Source of the DNA: Octopus sinensis
Lineage: Eukaryota
Direction of reading: 5' to 3'
Assembly (NCBI RefSeq): GCF_006345805.1
Contig: NW_021833874.1
Coordinates: 1-55,844, forward strand
Length of the DNA stretch: 55,844 nt
Shown here: positions 11,511-25,513 of the stretch, piece by piece
Numbering within the stretch: the first letter of the stretch is position 1
Layout: every line of letters starts with the position of its first letter
The notes under the pieces: generated by a model
Seen by the model: the letters and a program-made list of their open reading frames with translations, nothing else
Databases searched by the model: none
Told to the model about the DNA's origin: nothing
Program-made: the position numbers and the translations under genes

Positions 11511-11993
11511 GCGCGCCAAAGTGAAAGCATTTGAAAGAGTACACGCAAATATGAATTGTAGAACTTTATACATAATCGATTTCGGTCGAGCGTTCTGTAT
11601 CTCGTTCTGGAAATTGTATTTTGTAAGCGACAGACTACGCTGACGATCTTGCAGATATCTGCGTGTTTGCATACGTAGATATTAACAAGTGAAACCATTG
11701 GTATGTAGGTAATCGTTTTTTTTATTTCGTATGTTTTCATTTGTCTTGCTCAGTTTTACATTTTGGCGTTTTGCTGAGATTTTTTTCTTGAGAACACTTT
11801 CTTCGTGATAATGGCGATTTGACGACTATGTTTAGCATATTAGGTGTCCACTTTAGTGGTCATTCCTCTTAATTTTGTATGTAACACAATTTTTAATCTT
11901 TGTATTTTTAAATATGCTAAGCCACTGGTTTTAATTGATTAACATCAATTTCTACCCTTATTATTTAATTTTATATATATATATATATATATA

Positions 11994-12289
11994 TCTTTAT
12001 ATATAAAAGTCAAGTTGTGTGTCTGTCTCCTACGATTTAGATTCCTAACTACTCCCACATTTTGCAGTGCAGTTTAACCAAAACCGGGTATCTTATAGTC
12101 GTGGGTCATATCGAGCTCTTCTGGGTATTAGCGCGCGTCTACGATGAGTCTACGATTAAAAAAAAAATTTACCATCATTTTTTTCCATTTTTAATGCATT
12201 TTTTGCTATTTTTTGGGCTATAACTCTCTAAAAATACTTATATAGTTATTTCCCTTACAAACCCGAGCAACGCCGGGCGATACTACTAG
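11994..12289 (+). mobile_element. Non-autonomous Helitron
   Basis: 5' TC, 3' hairpin cccgagcaacgccggg, CTAG end, inserted between A and T. Confidence 0.85.
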
Positions 12290-12342
12290 TATATATATAT
12301 ATATATATATATATTTAGGCATGTATGTATATGTTTATTCTC

Positions 12343-12480
12343 AACGGGCTTCAGTCAGTTTCCGTTAAAGATATTTTTAGTCCGCCCGTAGACACTTGAA
12401 GAAGGTGCCCGCATTAGGTATGCAGCAAAATCCAGGTGACTGTGATTCGAAATCGTTGACAACACACCCATGCTGGTGTG
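12343..12480 (-). mobile_element. Degenerate CORE-type SINE
   Basis: acgggcttcagtcagtttccgt is the reverse complement of the family core. Confidence 0.5.
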
Positions 12481-12597
12481 CAATACACCTTGTGGGAAAC
12501 ATTGATGTTTTTATTAACTTTTACTTGCTTTCTTCGTTTTTATATTTATTTATTTATTTATGCAACGATGTCAAAATTTGGTTTTTCCTGCTTTTAG

Positions 12598-12652
12598 TTT
12601 GGACAGGCTATGCTAAACGGAAATGGAGAACGCATCGTGGATACAGTTCGAG
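12598..12652 (+). CDS. VWA protein exon 2
   Basis: Acceptor tttttcctgcttttag, donor gtaagt; 55 nt, phase 0 to 1, FGQAMLNGNGERIVDTVR; joins exons 1 and 3 in frame. Confidence 0.75.
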
Positions 12653-12744
12653 GTAAGTTACTGTTTCATTAATATTCTGGTGGGTTCCAATATCGTCCTT
12701 TGGCCAACACGCTCTTTCGCTGATGATAGAGAAGGACTATTGAT

Positions 12745-13263
<519 letters not shown>

Positions 13264-14906
13264 ATGTTTCTTTATTAGCCACACAGGGCTGCACACAGAT
13301 AGAACAATTACAAGGTAGAGCTTTTCTTTGGGGGTAAAAAAAGGAGAGTGGTGGTTTTTCGATCAAAAGGGATCGTAAAAGGAAAGAAAAAGGACCAAAA
13401 AAAAGGGGAGGGTTAAAAAAGGGGGGGGGAATGAATAATAGGGATCGTTATCACAGAAATGTCAATATGAAGTGTAAAGGGGAGACAGGTGAGGTTTACT
13501 CGTGGAAAGAAAAGCCTACGGAAAGACCACGGTAACCTCGGTCAATGAAGTCACATTTTATATTTCTTTTTTTTTTTTGCAAATAAGCAACTCTCTGTAT
13601 TAATTTTTATGGTTCATAGAATCATAGTCAAGGTGGCTTCGTAATTCATACGTGCCATCCTTGCTACATTCACCCATCTTTTTTTAAAAAATTCACTAGA
13701 CAAAACTTGCCTCTCTACTCTCACTTTCCTCTTCAAGTGATACTGAAGAAGTTGATGAGAGAGATTGACCAGAGAGGAAAGTGTTTGTCTCTAATCCTTT
13801 CAGGCGCGTCCACCAGATACATTCTTTCGCCATAGCCACAAGTATGATAAAAATAGCTCTTCCTTCCGTTTGAAGGAAGGAGGCGTGACGATATTAACGA
13901 TAGACTCGGCTGATAAACCGACACGTCCCACACGTGACAGCAGTCGTCCGACATAAGCCCACAGGTCGGAAATTGCTGGACACTGCACGATTGCGTGCAG
14001 AGCGGTTTCGTCGCTCTGACCGCATCTCGGGCAGGTCGGCCCCGTGTTTCTCGAGCCATGCCTATAGAGCTTATCCCGAACGGGTAGCGCTTCTCGGTAG
14101 CACCGCCAGGCCAGGGATCTCTGGAAGTGTTCCATAGGTCCCGGGCCGAAAGTCGTTTGAAACAGGCGGGTCAGGTATTCCTCGTCGACGCCCAGGTGTG
14201 CCCCGAGCTCGTCGTCGTACCTCCCCTCCACTAATCCCCTATAGAATGCTTTGGTTGTGTTGAAGTCACTCAGGTCGACCCGGGACGGCAGAGTTGCTTG
14301 AGAGCAACGCGACACTCGCGGTGCCAATCGCCCTTCCTCGGCCTTTTTTGATCCACGACTGTAGTTCGGTCATGGAGACGAGTTGCGGGAATGCGTGCCT
14401 CACAAAACGGCGACCACACCTGTTCACCGTCGTCTACATAGAGCCGGAGATGTCGCAGTCTCAGCGCGTGTCTGCGCATCATCAACCACGGCATGCCCAG
14501 CCTCCTTTTAACGGGTGTTGACAGCAAATGAATCGCCTGACCATCGGGACGCATCCTTTCCACAAGAAGCGGAAGAGGATGCGTTCTAGTTTGGTGATGG
14601 TAGGGTCGGGACAAGGTACGACGGTCAGGCGGTAGTAGATGATGGACGCGATATACGCGTTCTTCACCACCTCGCCGACCTTTTAGGGACAGTTCCTCTC
14701 GGCCCATTGCTGGGCGAGAGTGACCACCCTACTCGTTATCTCGTTCCAGTTCTTCTCCATTTGGAGGTCCGGACCGAACCAGACCCCGAGCAACTCAACC
14801 GGGCCGTCTGTCCAGCGTCCCACGACGGAGGTACTGGTGGACGGCATGGGCTTGCTTCTCCAGGTGCCGAGCCGCAAGCCCACTGACTTTTCCCGGTTGA
14901 TTTTTG
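13264..14906 (-). mobile_element. 5'-truncated Tx1-like (L1 clade) LINE
   Basis: LLGVWFG, ILFRFLWKG, GGLG, CPRC..ET..H...C motifs across frameshifted ORFs; (GATA)n on both sides. Confidence 0.85.
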
Positions 14907-14953
<47 letters not shown>

Positions 14954-14985
14954 GAAACAGACAGACAGATAGATAGATAACTAGC

Positions 14986-15053
<68 letters not shown>

Positions 15054-15054
15054 T

Positions 15055-15138
<84 letters not shown>

Positions 15139-15265
15139 GCAGGCGAGCAGGCAAGCAAGCAGGCAGGCAAGCAGACAGACAAGTGGGCTGACAGGCAGAT
15201 AGGCAAATAGTTAGACAGATTCATACATACATACATACATACATACATACATACATACATACATA
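14907..15265. repeat. (GATA)n, (GGCA)n and (TACA)n arrays
   Basis: Direct reading. Confidence 0.9.
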
Positions 15266-15339
15266 CTTATAAATAGACATACGCTCACACACGCACGCTC
15301 ATATATATAGAGATAGTAATTTTTTAAATTACTGTCTAT

Positions 15340-15910
15340 TTAGACAACCATTTCTCAGTGAACCATAAATACGGGAAGGTTCTTAACAGACGATTGATTA
15401 AATTATCATATAGCTGCTGCCCCAATATGAAGAACTCGTCAGCGTCACCAAGGGCCCCACTCCCAATTGTAACTGTCGAAACCCTCGAGATTGCCCAGTT
15501 GACCGGGCGTGTATGATAAACTTTGTCGTATATGACCCAAAGATCACAGCAACGCTGCAAGATAACCTAACGAAAAGAAAAATTACTGGGTTACGTGATG
15601 TCTATTTCAAAAGACATTATGCTATCCAGCTGTTTTCCTTCCGACGCATCGGCAGTTCCAAAGCCACCAAGATGGCTAGCCACGTGTAGGGTTAGAGCAC
15701 CAATTGCACGCCACATAAAGATCAAGTAAAAAAGCGTAGAGAAATCCATGTCGTCTGTTAATGGATCAAAGAAATGCATCTTATGCATAGCTGAGATTGC
15801 ACAGTATTTTTAGATTTAAGAATTCTATTACACAACTGAATTCCCGATACGAAATTTCAGCAAATGCTATCCTATGCGTAAATTTCGTTTAGTGAACTGG
15901 AAGACAACAC
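15340..15910 (+). mobile_element. Penelope-like element, GIY-YIG endonuclease remnant
   Basis: HKYGKVLNRRLIKLSYSCCPNMK...CNCRNPRDCP...VVY...GL...FKRHY...SFR...SHV*, then KCILCIAE; stops and frameshifts. Confidence 0.8.
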
Positions 15911-16149
15911 CCTCACCAGATTGAGCAGCGGTCTCGCTACTTTGGACCCTCTCCTTTGAATTATTTTACAGCAACTAGTTTAATTATGGTTTTACGAGGA
16001 TATAAACCTAATTTTTTTACATATCTTTACTTTTTCCGATTTTATTTACCCATCCACTATTTGTTTCTATCTTCTCGTTTTTTTTCTTTTTCTCGTGATT
16101 TCTCTTCTAGCAGTGTCCTGGTTTGCAAATAGAATAGACCATGTGCTCA

Positions 16150-16236
16150 AAGTCTGATGACTGTTTGGGGGCAAAAGACGTGTTAAAAAAACCTGCCTAG
16201 ACAAATGTCTCCAAACCAACAAACTGTTAGTAACTT
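16150..16236 (+). ncRNA. Inactivated hammerhead motif downstream of the Penelope remnant
   Basis: aagt CTGATGA ctgtttgggg...ctccaaaccaa CAAAC tgtta GTA actt; G12 replaced by C. Confidence 0.45.
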
Positions 16237-16390
16237 GTGACTGTGTGGTAAGAACCTTGCGTCCCAATCACATAGTAACGGGTTGAGTTCCAATAAGTGA
16301 CATCTTGGGCAAGAATGTTCTACTATAACCTCGGATCGAACAAATCCTTGTGAGTGGATTTGGCAGACGGAAACTGAAAGAAGCCTTTCG

Positions 16391-16423
<33 letters not shown>

Positions 16424-16750
16424 GATATATAATATATATATATCTGAGACCCCCTTCGGTCACGACACAGACCATGGGATTGTACCTAGAAAGTTACCTT
16501 CCCAGGCAAGGTTGCTTATGGAAGACCAGCAGTCGCCCATGCATACCGGCCTCCCCTCTCCACGCCACCTGTGTTATCCAAGGGAAGGGCAAAGGCTTGG
16601 CACCTAAGACGTCACAACTCATTTCTACAGCTGAGTGAACTGGAGCAACGTGAAATAAAGAACACAACACGCAGCCCAGTCCAGGATTCGAGCTCACAAC
16701 CTCATGATCGTAAGCTCGACGCTCTAACCACTGAGCTATGCGCCTTTAGT

Positions 16751-16789
<39 letters not shown>

Positions 16790-16826
16790 TATATATATAT
16801 ATGTGTATTATATATATAGGTATATA

Positions 16827-16885
<59 letters not shown>

Positions 16886-16906
16886 ATATATATATATATG
16901 TATATA

Positions 16907-16949
<43 letters not shown>

Positions 16950-17181
16950 GCATATGTCCGCGTGTCTTTGTGTCTGTGTTTGTCCCCCCCGTCACGCTTG
17001 ACAACCGTTGCTAGTGCGTTTACGTTCCCGTAACTTAGCGGTCCGGCAAAAGAGACCGTTAGAATAAGTACTAGGCTTAAGATATAAGTCCTTGGATCGA
17101 TTTATTCAACTTAAAGCCCTTCAATGCGTTGCTCCAGCAAGGTCGCAGTCAAATGACTGAAACAAGTAAAAGGATAAAAGA
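16237..17181 (+). mobile_element. CORE-type SINE split by a nested SINE
   Basis: Head 16237-16392, tail 16950-17181; the insertion lies in the internal (TA)n. Confidence 0.7.
16448..16746 (-). mobile_element. tRNA-derived SINE (nested)
   Basis: Same family as 49361-49704; head aggcgcatagctcagtggttagagcg...tcgaatcc. Confidence 0.85.
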
Positions 17182-17183
17182 AT

Positions 17184-17217
<34 letters not shown>

Positions 17218-17316
17218 TACAAATTTACGGAAGAGAAAAGACGAAGACAACCGAAAGAGCAATACGTGGGTGTATTAGTTTGACGTTCGGGTATGTTTTG
17301 AACACCAACTTTCTTA

Positions 17317-17356
<40 letters not shown>

Positions 17357-17594
17357 GTGTGTGTGTGTGTGTGTGTGTGTGTGTGGTGTGTTCCTTTTCT
17401 ATATATGTATATATAGTTTTTCCTTTTATATATTTTCTGTCTTTTTCTATCTCTTCAGAAATTAGCCAGCCAATTCAGGATGGTGAATATATTAATTTCT
17501 CTTATTGAAATGCTTGAAAGTTCTTCCCATTTTTGAAGGTGCAAAAGTGTCAGGTTTAGAGTAGCATATACATAGATACACTATATATATATAT

Positions 17595-17631
<37 letters not shown>

Positions 17632-17697
17632 GATATATATACATCCAATAATAGGACAAAATTTTTCGAGAAAAATTCTATCAATGGCCAGCATATT

Positions 17698-17990
17698 AAA
17701 AAAATTCTAATGCTAAAATATGCCGAAAATAGACACAACGTCAATAACCATGTAATTTATCACTACTTATACCCATGGAAAAGGTGTAAGTAAGTATTTC
17801 ATTTATTTCTTTGCCGCATTTATCTCTGATGAAGTGAAGGTTCTTATGAACTAACTCTGAAATCGGGTCCAAAATGGTAATAACGGGATTTTTTAGAAAA
17901 TTCACCGAAACGCGTGCTTGTAGTGATAAATTACATGGTTATTGACGTTGTGTCTATTTTCGGCATATTTTGGCATTAGAAATTTTTTTC
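17698..17990. mobile_element. Foldback with ~69-bp arms enclosing a broken hammerhead motif
   Basis: Arms 17698-17766 and 17920-17990; CTGATGA a gtgaa...ttcac c GAAAC gcgt in the loop; no stem I or NUH site. Confidence 0.6.
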
Positions 17991-18038
17991 TTTTGCCTTT
18001 GCTTATAAATTGTTTATAAATATATATATTTATATATA

Positions 18039-18093
<55 letters not shown>

Positions 18094-18578
18094 ATATATG
18101 TATATGTATGTGTATGTACATAAATATATATATTTATACATATATAAGTAAAACTTGAATAAATAGAGTCACCAGGAAGGAGTAGGTTTAGACAGCTACT
18201 TAATAAACACTACACATGTTTCGATATAACATAGAACCACATATAAACAGGATTTAAATTAAGAAACGGTTTACTTGTAGAATAGGATCCAGTTGTATCT
18301 CCTCATGGGCTATATAATCACTGTCCCCGCAAGTAAATGTCTGACCTTCATGCTAACACATCCAACTCATATATATATGTGTGTGTGTGTGTGTGTGTAT
18401 GTATGTGTGTGTGTGTGTGTGTGTGTCTGTGCGTGTGTGTGTGTGTTATTATTGTTATTAATGTGTGTGTGTGTTATTATTATTATTATTAATGTGTGTG
18501 TGTGTTATTATTATTATCTGTTTCTCTGTCCTTGTTCGTCCTCTCTGTAGAAAAGAAATAGTTATTATTATTATTATT

Positions 18579-19390
<812 letters not shown>

Positions 19391-19456
19391 AGCTGGGGGT
19401 TTTTGTGCCAATATTGAAAATTAATTTTTCTTTTTCTTTTTGTTTTGGTTTTGCAG

Positions 19457-20022
19457 CTTGTAGTAACTCGAAAGCTGATATTGTGTTCATAATTGATGGC
19501 TCTCGCAGTATTTTCCCGCCTGATTTCAAAGAACAGATAGAATTTCTGAAAAGTTTTGTAGATCATTTTATAATCGGAAACAATGGTATGCGATTTGGTG
19601 TTGTAACGTTTGGCGATAAGGTCATTATGGATAACACTTTCGGTTTGACTCAATACACCAGTAAAGAGCAACTGATAAACCGTTTATCCAATATTAAGTT
19701 CAGACATGAACACGGTACCAGCACACAAACGGATTTAGCCATCGAATATGCTCGCGAAACGCTGTTCACAGAGGCCCGACTTGATACTAAGAAAATAGCT
19801 ATTGTGATCACAGATGGATTATCGACGAAGCCGAAGAAGACAGCCGAAGAGGCGATGAAGATGAGGAATGGGGAAATAGTGATATTGGCCATTGGTGTGG
19901 GAAAAAAGTTTCAAAGGAAGAATTGCATACAATAACTGGAAGAAACGATTATGTTTTCATGATAGATGAATATTCCCTGTTGAAAGAACTTGAATCTAAA
20001 CTGAGCGAAATAAGCTGTAAAC
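19457..20022 (+). CDS. VWA protein exon 3: complete MIDAS-intact VWA domain (1-nt frameshift)
   Basis: ADIVFIIDGSRS...RFGVVTF...T.T..AI...IVITDG; acceptor ttttgcag, donor gtatgt; 566 nt where phase 1-1 needs 567. Confidence 0.9.
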
Positions 20023-20260
20023 GTATGTATATTCCTATAAATCTTATATTATTATATTATTATAATCTTATATTCTTAAATTCTTATGTTCTTATAAACT
20101 GCTACTTCAGTTACTATTTTTAGTCATTAAGCTTCGGCCATGCTGGAGCATCGCCTTATGCGGTTTTTATCGATCGGACCGACCCCAACCCATCATCATT
20201 TTTTTTTAATAAAATTACTACATACACACAAACATACACACATATATAAACTTACACTCT

Positions 20261-20494
20261 GCCGCTTACGCGTACCCTTAATGTAGTTCTCAGGGTGATT
20301 CAGCCAGCATGACACAAAATGTGACAAGGCTGGCCCATTGAATTACAGGTACAACGCAATTTTGCCAGCTGAGTGGACTGGAACAACGTGAAATAAAGTG
20401 TCTTGCTGAAGGACACAACGCGCCACCTGGAACCGAACTCACAACCTTACGATAGGGAAACGCGTAGCCCAACCACTAAACGGCGCACCATCAC
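20261..20494 (-). mobile_element. tRNA-derived SINE
   Basis: Head and central domain like 49361, tail like 1195. Confidence 0.65.
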
Positions 20495-20719
20495 GCATGC
20501 ATATATATAAGCATACACACACACGCACACATACGTACACACATGCATACACTCATACATACACACACACATACACACACTTACTTATACACACACATAC
20601 AAACTCATACATACACACACATACATTCACACATACATGCAAACACACATACATATATACATATGCTCTTATTGAAAGTATAGAGTTTTGACTAATAGAA
20701 ACAAGCATGAATTTACACG

Positions 20720-21058
20720 TCATTGTTATTACCAGTATTATTATTATCATCATTATCATTATTATTATTATTATTATCATCATTATCATTATCATCATCC
20801 TCATCATTATTATTATCGTTATTATTATCGTTATTATTATCGTTATTATTATCGTTATTATTATCATTATTATTATCTTTATTATTATTATTATTATTAT
20901 TACTATTATTATTATTATCATTATTATTCTTATTATTATTATTATCATTCTCAACATCATCATCATCCTCATCATTATTATTATCATTATTATTATCGTT
21001 ATTATTATTATTATTATTATTATCATCATCATCATCATCATCATCATGATTATTATTA

Positions 21059-21125
<67 letters not shown>

Positions 21126-21168
21126 TATTATTATTGTTATTATTATTATTATTGTTATTATTATTATT

Positions 21169-21218
<50 letters not shown>

Positions 21219-21226
21219 TATTATTA

Positions 21227-21270
<44 letters not shown>

Positions 21271-21335
21271 GTTCTTGTTGCTGTTGTTGTTGTTGTTATA
21301 GTTATTGTTATTATTATTATTATTATTATTATCAT
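20720..21335. repeat. Compound (ATT)n/(ATC)n/(GTT)n array
   Basis: Direct reading; left boundary of the duplicated segment. Confidence 0.95.
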
Positions 21336-21510
21336 CATCATTATTCTCTTCTCTGTTTCCACAAGTAAAGATGAAGGTGAGTATATGAACCCAGCCGCCA
21401 AAAAAGCCTTTGTTCGCTTCGTGGCATCTCTGAGTGTCCCCAGCCACCCACTCCCCTGTTAGCGTCCCCGAAGCCTTTCCTTCTTTGACAGGCGTTTATT
21501 GATGAACTTT

Positions 21511-21574
<64 letters not shown>

Positions 21575-22063
21575 CACGTGATCGTATGATTGACCAGATT
21601 GTTGAATGTTGTTATACATCGCTGGTCACAATGCTCTTTGTATCATTTTAACTTTCGCATGATTCCAACTTGCGAGCAAGGGGGGCTGGTCAACATTCTG
21701 CCCTGCCCTCACCCCTCATCAGAAATCCAGTCCATCAAATTGTTGCTTGTTTACAGTAGAATCATTTATGAATTCCTTGAAAATCAAGGTAAGTTTAATC
21801 AATAAAACACCTTCCAATTGTTTCTGTAGCGAACCACTTTATCAGAGAAGAGGCACCACATAATTTGCTTTGCAGGAGCAACTGTTTTATCAAAGGCGTG
21901 CATTGCCGTGAATTGCTCGAAATACTGACTAGAAAAACAGCCGACAACTGATGAAGGGTCGTTCCTTGTGTTGCTTCTCTTATTTTCCATTTGTTTCTTT
22001 CGCTGCTTGCAAAGAAAGTCCTTATTCCATGTCCTCATACTTCGTATTAATTGATGTATAGTA

Positions 22064-22346
22064 ATAATCAGTATAGTTGTCTCCCTTATTATTACTGATG
22101 TCTGATCAGCCTCGAAGGCAGTTTTCATCTTGTTATCGTCAAGGTAACTTCTGTTATGGATATTGAAAACAAAGTGGGGTGTTGTGGAAGGCGATAAATT
22201 GCTCTAATTTTTTAAAAAATATTTTCAATTTTGTTTAATCTGTGAGCCACCAGGAAACCTAAGCGATCGAAAATGTGATGACATTTCATGTTATGTTAAT
22301 AATTGATCTTAACTCTTTGGATACCCGCATCCCTGAGTATTCTATA
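22064..22346 (+). repeat. ~280-bp repeat, arm A
   Basis: Reverse complement at 24032-24311; direct copy at 30879-31161. Confidence 0.9.
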
Positions 22347-23246
22347 ACAAACACTTCCCGTTTTAAAGTAATCAAAATTAAAACGGCCGTAAGAATTCCA
22401 TATTAGTCTATGGGAAAGTAATTTTACTAAATCCTTCGTTATTTTCAAAAGAGAATAAAAGGTGGAGTAATTCCATAGAAATATGACAAAAGATTTTTTA
22501 GTCTCTACATGTTAGCCGTTCAGGCAGGCGGGGATATGTTTTTCCAGTGCTCACACAGGCGGGGTGATAATCTGTTTTTCCAGTGGCTCAAGATACTTGC
22601 CAAACTGTCGATGTTCAACAAAGATCTCTGATCTGACGTTTGCAAATTTATTAACGATTATGAGTTAGAACCATTTCCCAGCATTGCCTACCTCTCAGTT
22701 TTTGTCATATTTCTATATTGTTTCGCATGTCTGTAGTCCATTCTATTTGAGACAGAAATTACTGTTTTATTATTTTTTCCTTTTTCTTTGTTTTTCAGTT
22801 AAAAATTGAATAATTTAATAAGTTTTATTTTTGTCTGTTTCTGAAAGAAGTCTGGTTGAAATATTGCTGTTTAAACTTACATTCCTACCTTTGTATTGTA
22901 GAGTTTACGTACAATATAAATGTTTGTTTTCACTTGTGCTTCATATATAATTGCTACGCAGCATGTTTAGTTCAAGGATATGCGCTTTTATTTCTACAAG
23001 TAGAATTAGTCTTAGTTAATTATGTGCGATTACGTTATCAAATTTTTTATATTAGACGGGTAAACACACTCACAAACATTCATACACACACGCATATACA
23101 CATACTCGTACACACGCACCCATACACACCAATACACTCATACAAACACACACACACACACACCACACACACACACTTGCACTAGCGATATATGATTATT
23201 GAACTTGGGTAAATATTTTTAACGAAATTTATTTCTTTACTTCCAG

Positions 23247-23414
23247 GTTGTAGCGGAGACGTCGACATAAACTTCGTGTTTGACTCTTTTAGGATGAGTT
23301 ACAATGAAATACGCACTGTTACTACCTTCATCACTGAATCAATCGCAGACAAAGAGTTTTCTGGGGAAAACGTCAGGATTGGAACGATTTATGGAAAGTG
23401 CCAAGGATTGAAAG
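23247..23414 (+). CDS. VWA protein exon 4 (N-part of degenerate VWA)
   Basis: Acceptor ttctttacttccag, donor gtaagt; 168 nt, phase 1-1; CSGDVDINFVFDS...VRIGTI. Confidence 0.85.
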
Positions 23415-23935
23415 GTAAGTATAAACAAACTCGTTATTAATGACCTTTAGGGACATCGTAATTCGTTATGCATCCGTAATATACTAGAAAGTATATCAAA
23501 CGCCTTTATAAGTGAATACCGTGTTCTTCTGTGTTAGCAGTGCTATTACATCACTTGTTAAGATTATCTCTACAGATTTTGTTTAGAAATTAAAGCCAGC
23601 ATTGATTTTTGCTACGATGTTTCGTATCCAAGACTCTGATGTAAACAACAACGATGAGATCGAAAATGAGAAATGGTTAATGGGCGTATATGCCATACTT
23701 CAGGATTTTTGCTCCTTCATCGGCGATCATCCAAACCATTGATCATCCACAAACTATATTTAGTGGCCATTTAAGCAATGAGTTCACGCACTTGCACTCA
23801 AGCACACACACACACATATATGACGGTTCAATTGTTCGATCAAGTAAATTACTTTCCCTTGAATTGCAGTAAAATAGGCTGAGTATCTCATAGAACGTGT
23901 ACCCTAATATAATCGTATACATACATGCATATAAA

Positions 23936-23983
<48 letters not shown>

Positions 23984-24031
23984 TATATATACATATATAT
24001 CTATAATATATATATATATATCAGAATTATA

Positions 24032-24311
24032 ATAGAATATCAGGAATGCTGGTATCCAAAGAGTTAAGATCAATTATTAACATAACATGAAACGTCATCA
24101 CATTTTCGATCGCTTAGGTTACCTGGTGGCTCACAGATTAAACAAAATTGAAAATATTTTTTTAAAAATTAGAGCAAGTTATCGCCTCCCACAACACCCC
24201 ACTTTGTTTCAATACCCATAACAGAAGTTATCTTGACGATAACAAGATGAAAACTGCCTTCGAGGCTGATCAGATATTAGAAATAATAAGGGTGATAACT
24301 ATACTGATTAT
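24032..24311 (-). repeat. ~280-bp repeat, inverted arm A'
   Basis: Reverse complement of 22064-22346 and 30879-31161; absent at the matching site of copy 2. Confidence 0.9.
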
Positions 24312-24333
24312 ATATATATGTATAACTATACTG

Positions 24334-24376
<43 letters not shown>

Positions 24377-24395
24377 ACGGGTCTTTATTTTTCAG

Positions 24396-24775
24396 GTTTC
24401 TACTTGGACACTTATCAATCAAAAGATAAAGCAAGGAAGCAATTCGACAACCTTCAGCGAGCGTATATCGCTTCTCTTCTAGAAGAATCCCTTAAGGAAT
24501 ATTTTCAATGTCCATATGGCGGCCGCAAACGAGCACGTAAAGTGGCAGTTATTTTCTTAAATGGAGAACTAAGTGATTCACATGGATTGGAGAAAAATGT
24601 GAAGTCTCTCCGTAAAAGTGGCATTCAGGTGTTTGGAATTAAGATGGAAAATCGGGATTCGGAGATGACTTTGACAAGAATTTTCGAAAGACGTAATATT
24701 CTGGACGCCACCAAGATAAAAAGTATGGAGGAAGTGCGCCGCGAATTAGTAAACCGAATTTGCAAATGTAAGTAA
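24396..24775 (+). CDS. VWA protein exon 5 (C-part of degenerate VWA)
   Basis: Acceptor tttatttttcag; RKVAVIFLNG, GIQVFGI; ends at a phase-1 donor (24768) or at TAA 24773-24775. Confidence 0.85.
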
Positions 24776-24803
24776 AGCAGTTCAACTATTCACGCGGGAA
24801 CCC

Positions 24804-24853
<50 letters not shown>

Positions 24854-25089
24854 TATGCACACATGTACACATGTACCACTATGTTTGCACGAGCACATGC
24901 TCCGTCCACGGTCAGTCCTGATCTAGCAGACCTTTCATGGAAGGCGTTCCAACCATGAACATTTCGCCTTGTTTCGGCAATGCACGGGTATATATTCTAA
25001 GTTCTATCTGTAACTTGTATCATATATCTCAGTATGACCTGCGTCACGGTCGATCGGATGGGTGGCAGGATGCGAATAAAGCTCCTACC

Positions 25090-25449
25090 CTCGAACCTTG
25101 TGAAGGATGGGCAAATGACAGAATCGAAGTGCATAAATTTGCATAGCTTTTCCCGAGTTCAAATCCACCCGAGGACGACTTCGTCTTTCATCTCTCCCGG
25201 ATCGATAGAATCAAATACCAATCAGGTATCAAGATTGACAATATTGAATAAATCCCAACGGTTGAAAATTGCTGGCCTCGTGCCTGATTAGCAGGTTGGA
25301 CAAAATGATTAAGGATATTTCTTCCTGCAATTTACGCTCTGAATTCAAATATGGGGTCGATAAAATAAGTACCAGTTATGTAGTAAGGTCGATGTGATCG
25401 GCTAGTCCTCTCCCTCCAAATTTGAGGCCTTGTGCCTCCAGTACAAAGG

Positions 25450-25452
<3 letters not shown>
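25090..25452 (+). mobile_element. Two degenerate Meta-like SINEs
   Basis: gagttcaaatcc...ggatcgata and ggggtcgataaaataagtacca; duplicated at about 35470-35830. Confidence 0.55.

Positions 25453-25512
<60 letters not shown>

Positions 25513-25513
<1 letters not shown>

Noticed and set aside
12568-12652. Alternative signal peptide MSKIWFFLLLVWTGYA, or an edited TAG
   Set aside because: Needs two frameshifts or stop recoding; the hydrophobic stretch is the polypyrimidine tract of exon 2, and exon 1 supplies a clean signal peptide.
19457-20022. Assigning a collagen VI/XII or matrilin gene symbol
   Set aside because: VWA similarity only; no triple helix, EGF or coiled coil seen, and orthology is untested.
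21948-21990. CTGATGA motifs at about 21948, 12720, 29175 and 47247 as hammerheads
   Set aside because: No correctly placed GAAA, stem III or stem I.
21799-22128. 109-aa minus-strand ORF conserved at 30614-30943
   Set aside because: Conservation only reflects the recent duplication; no ATG start or recognisable domain.
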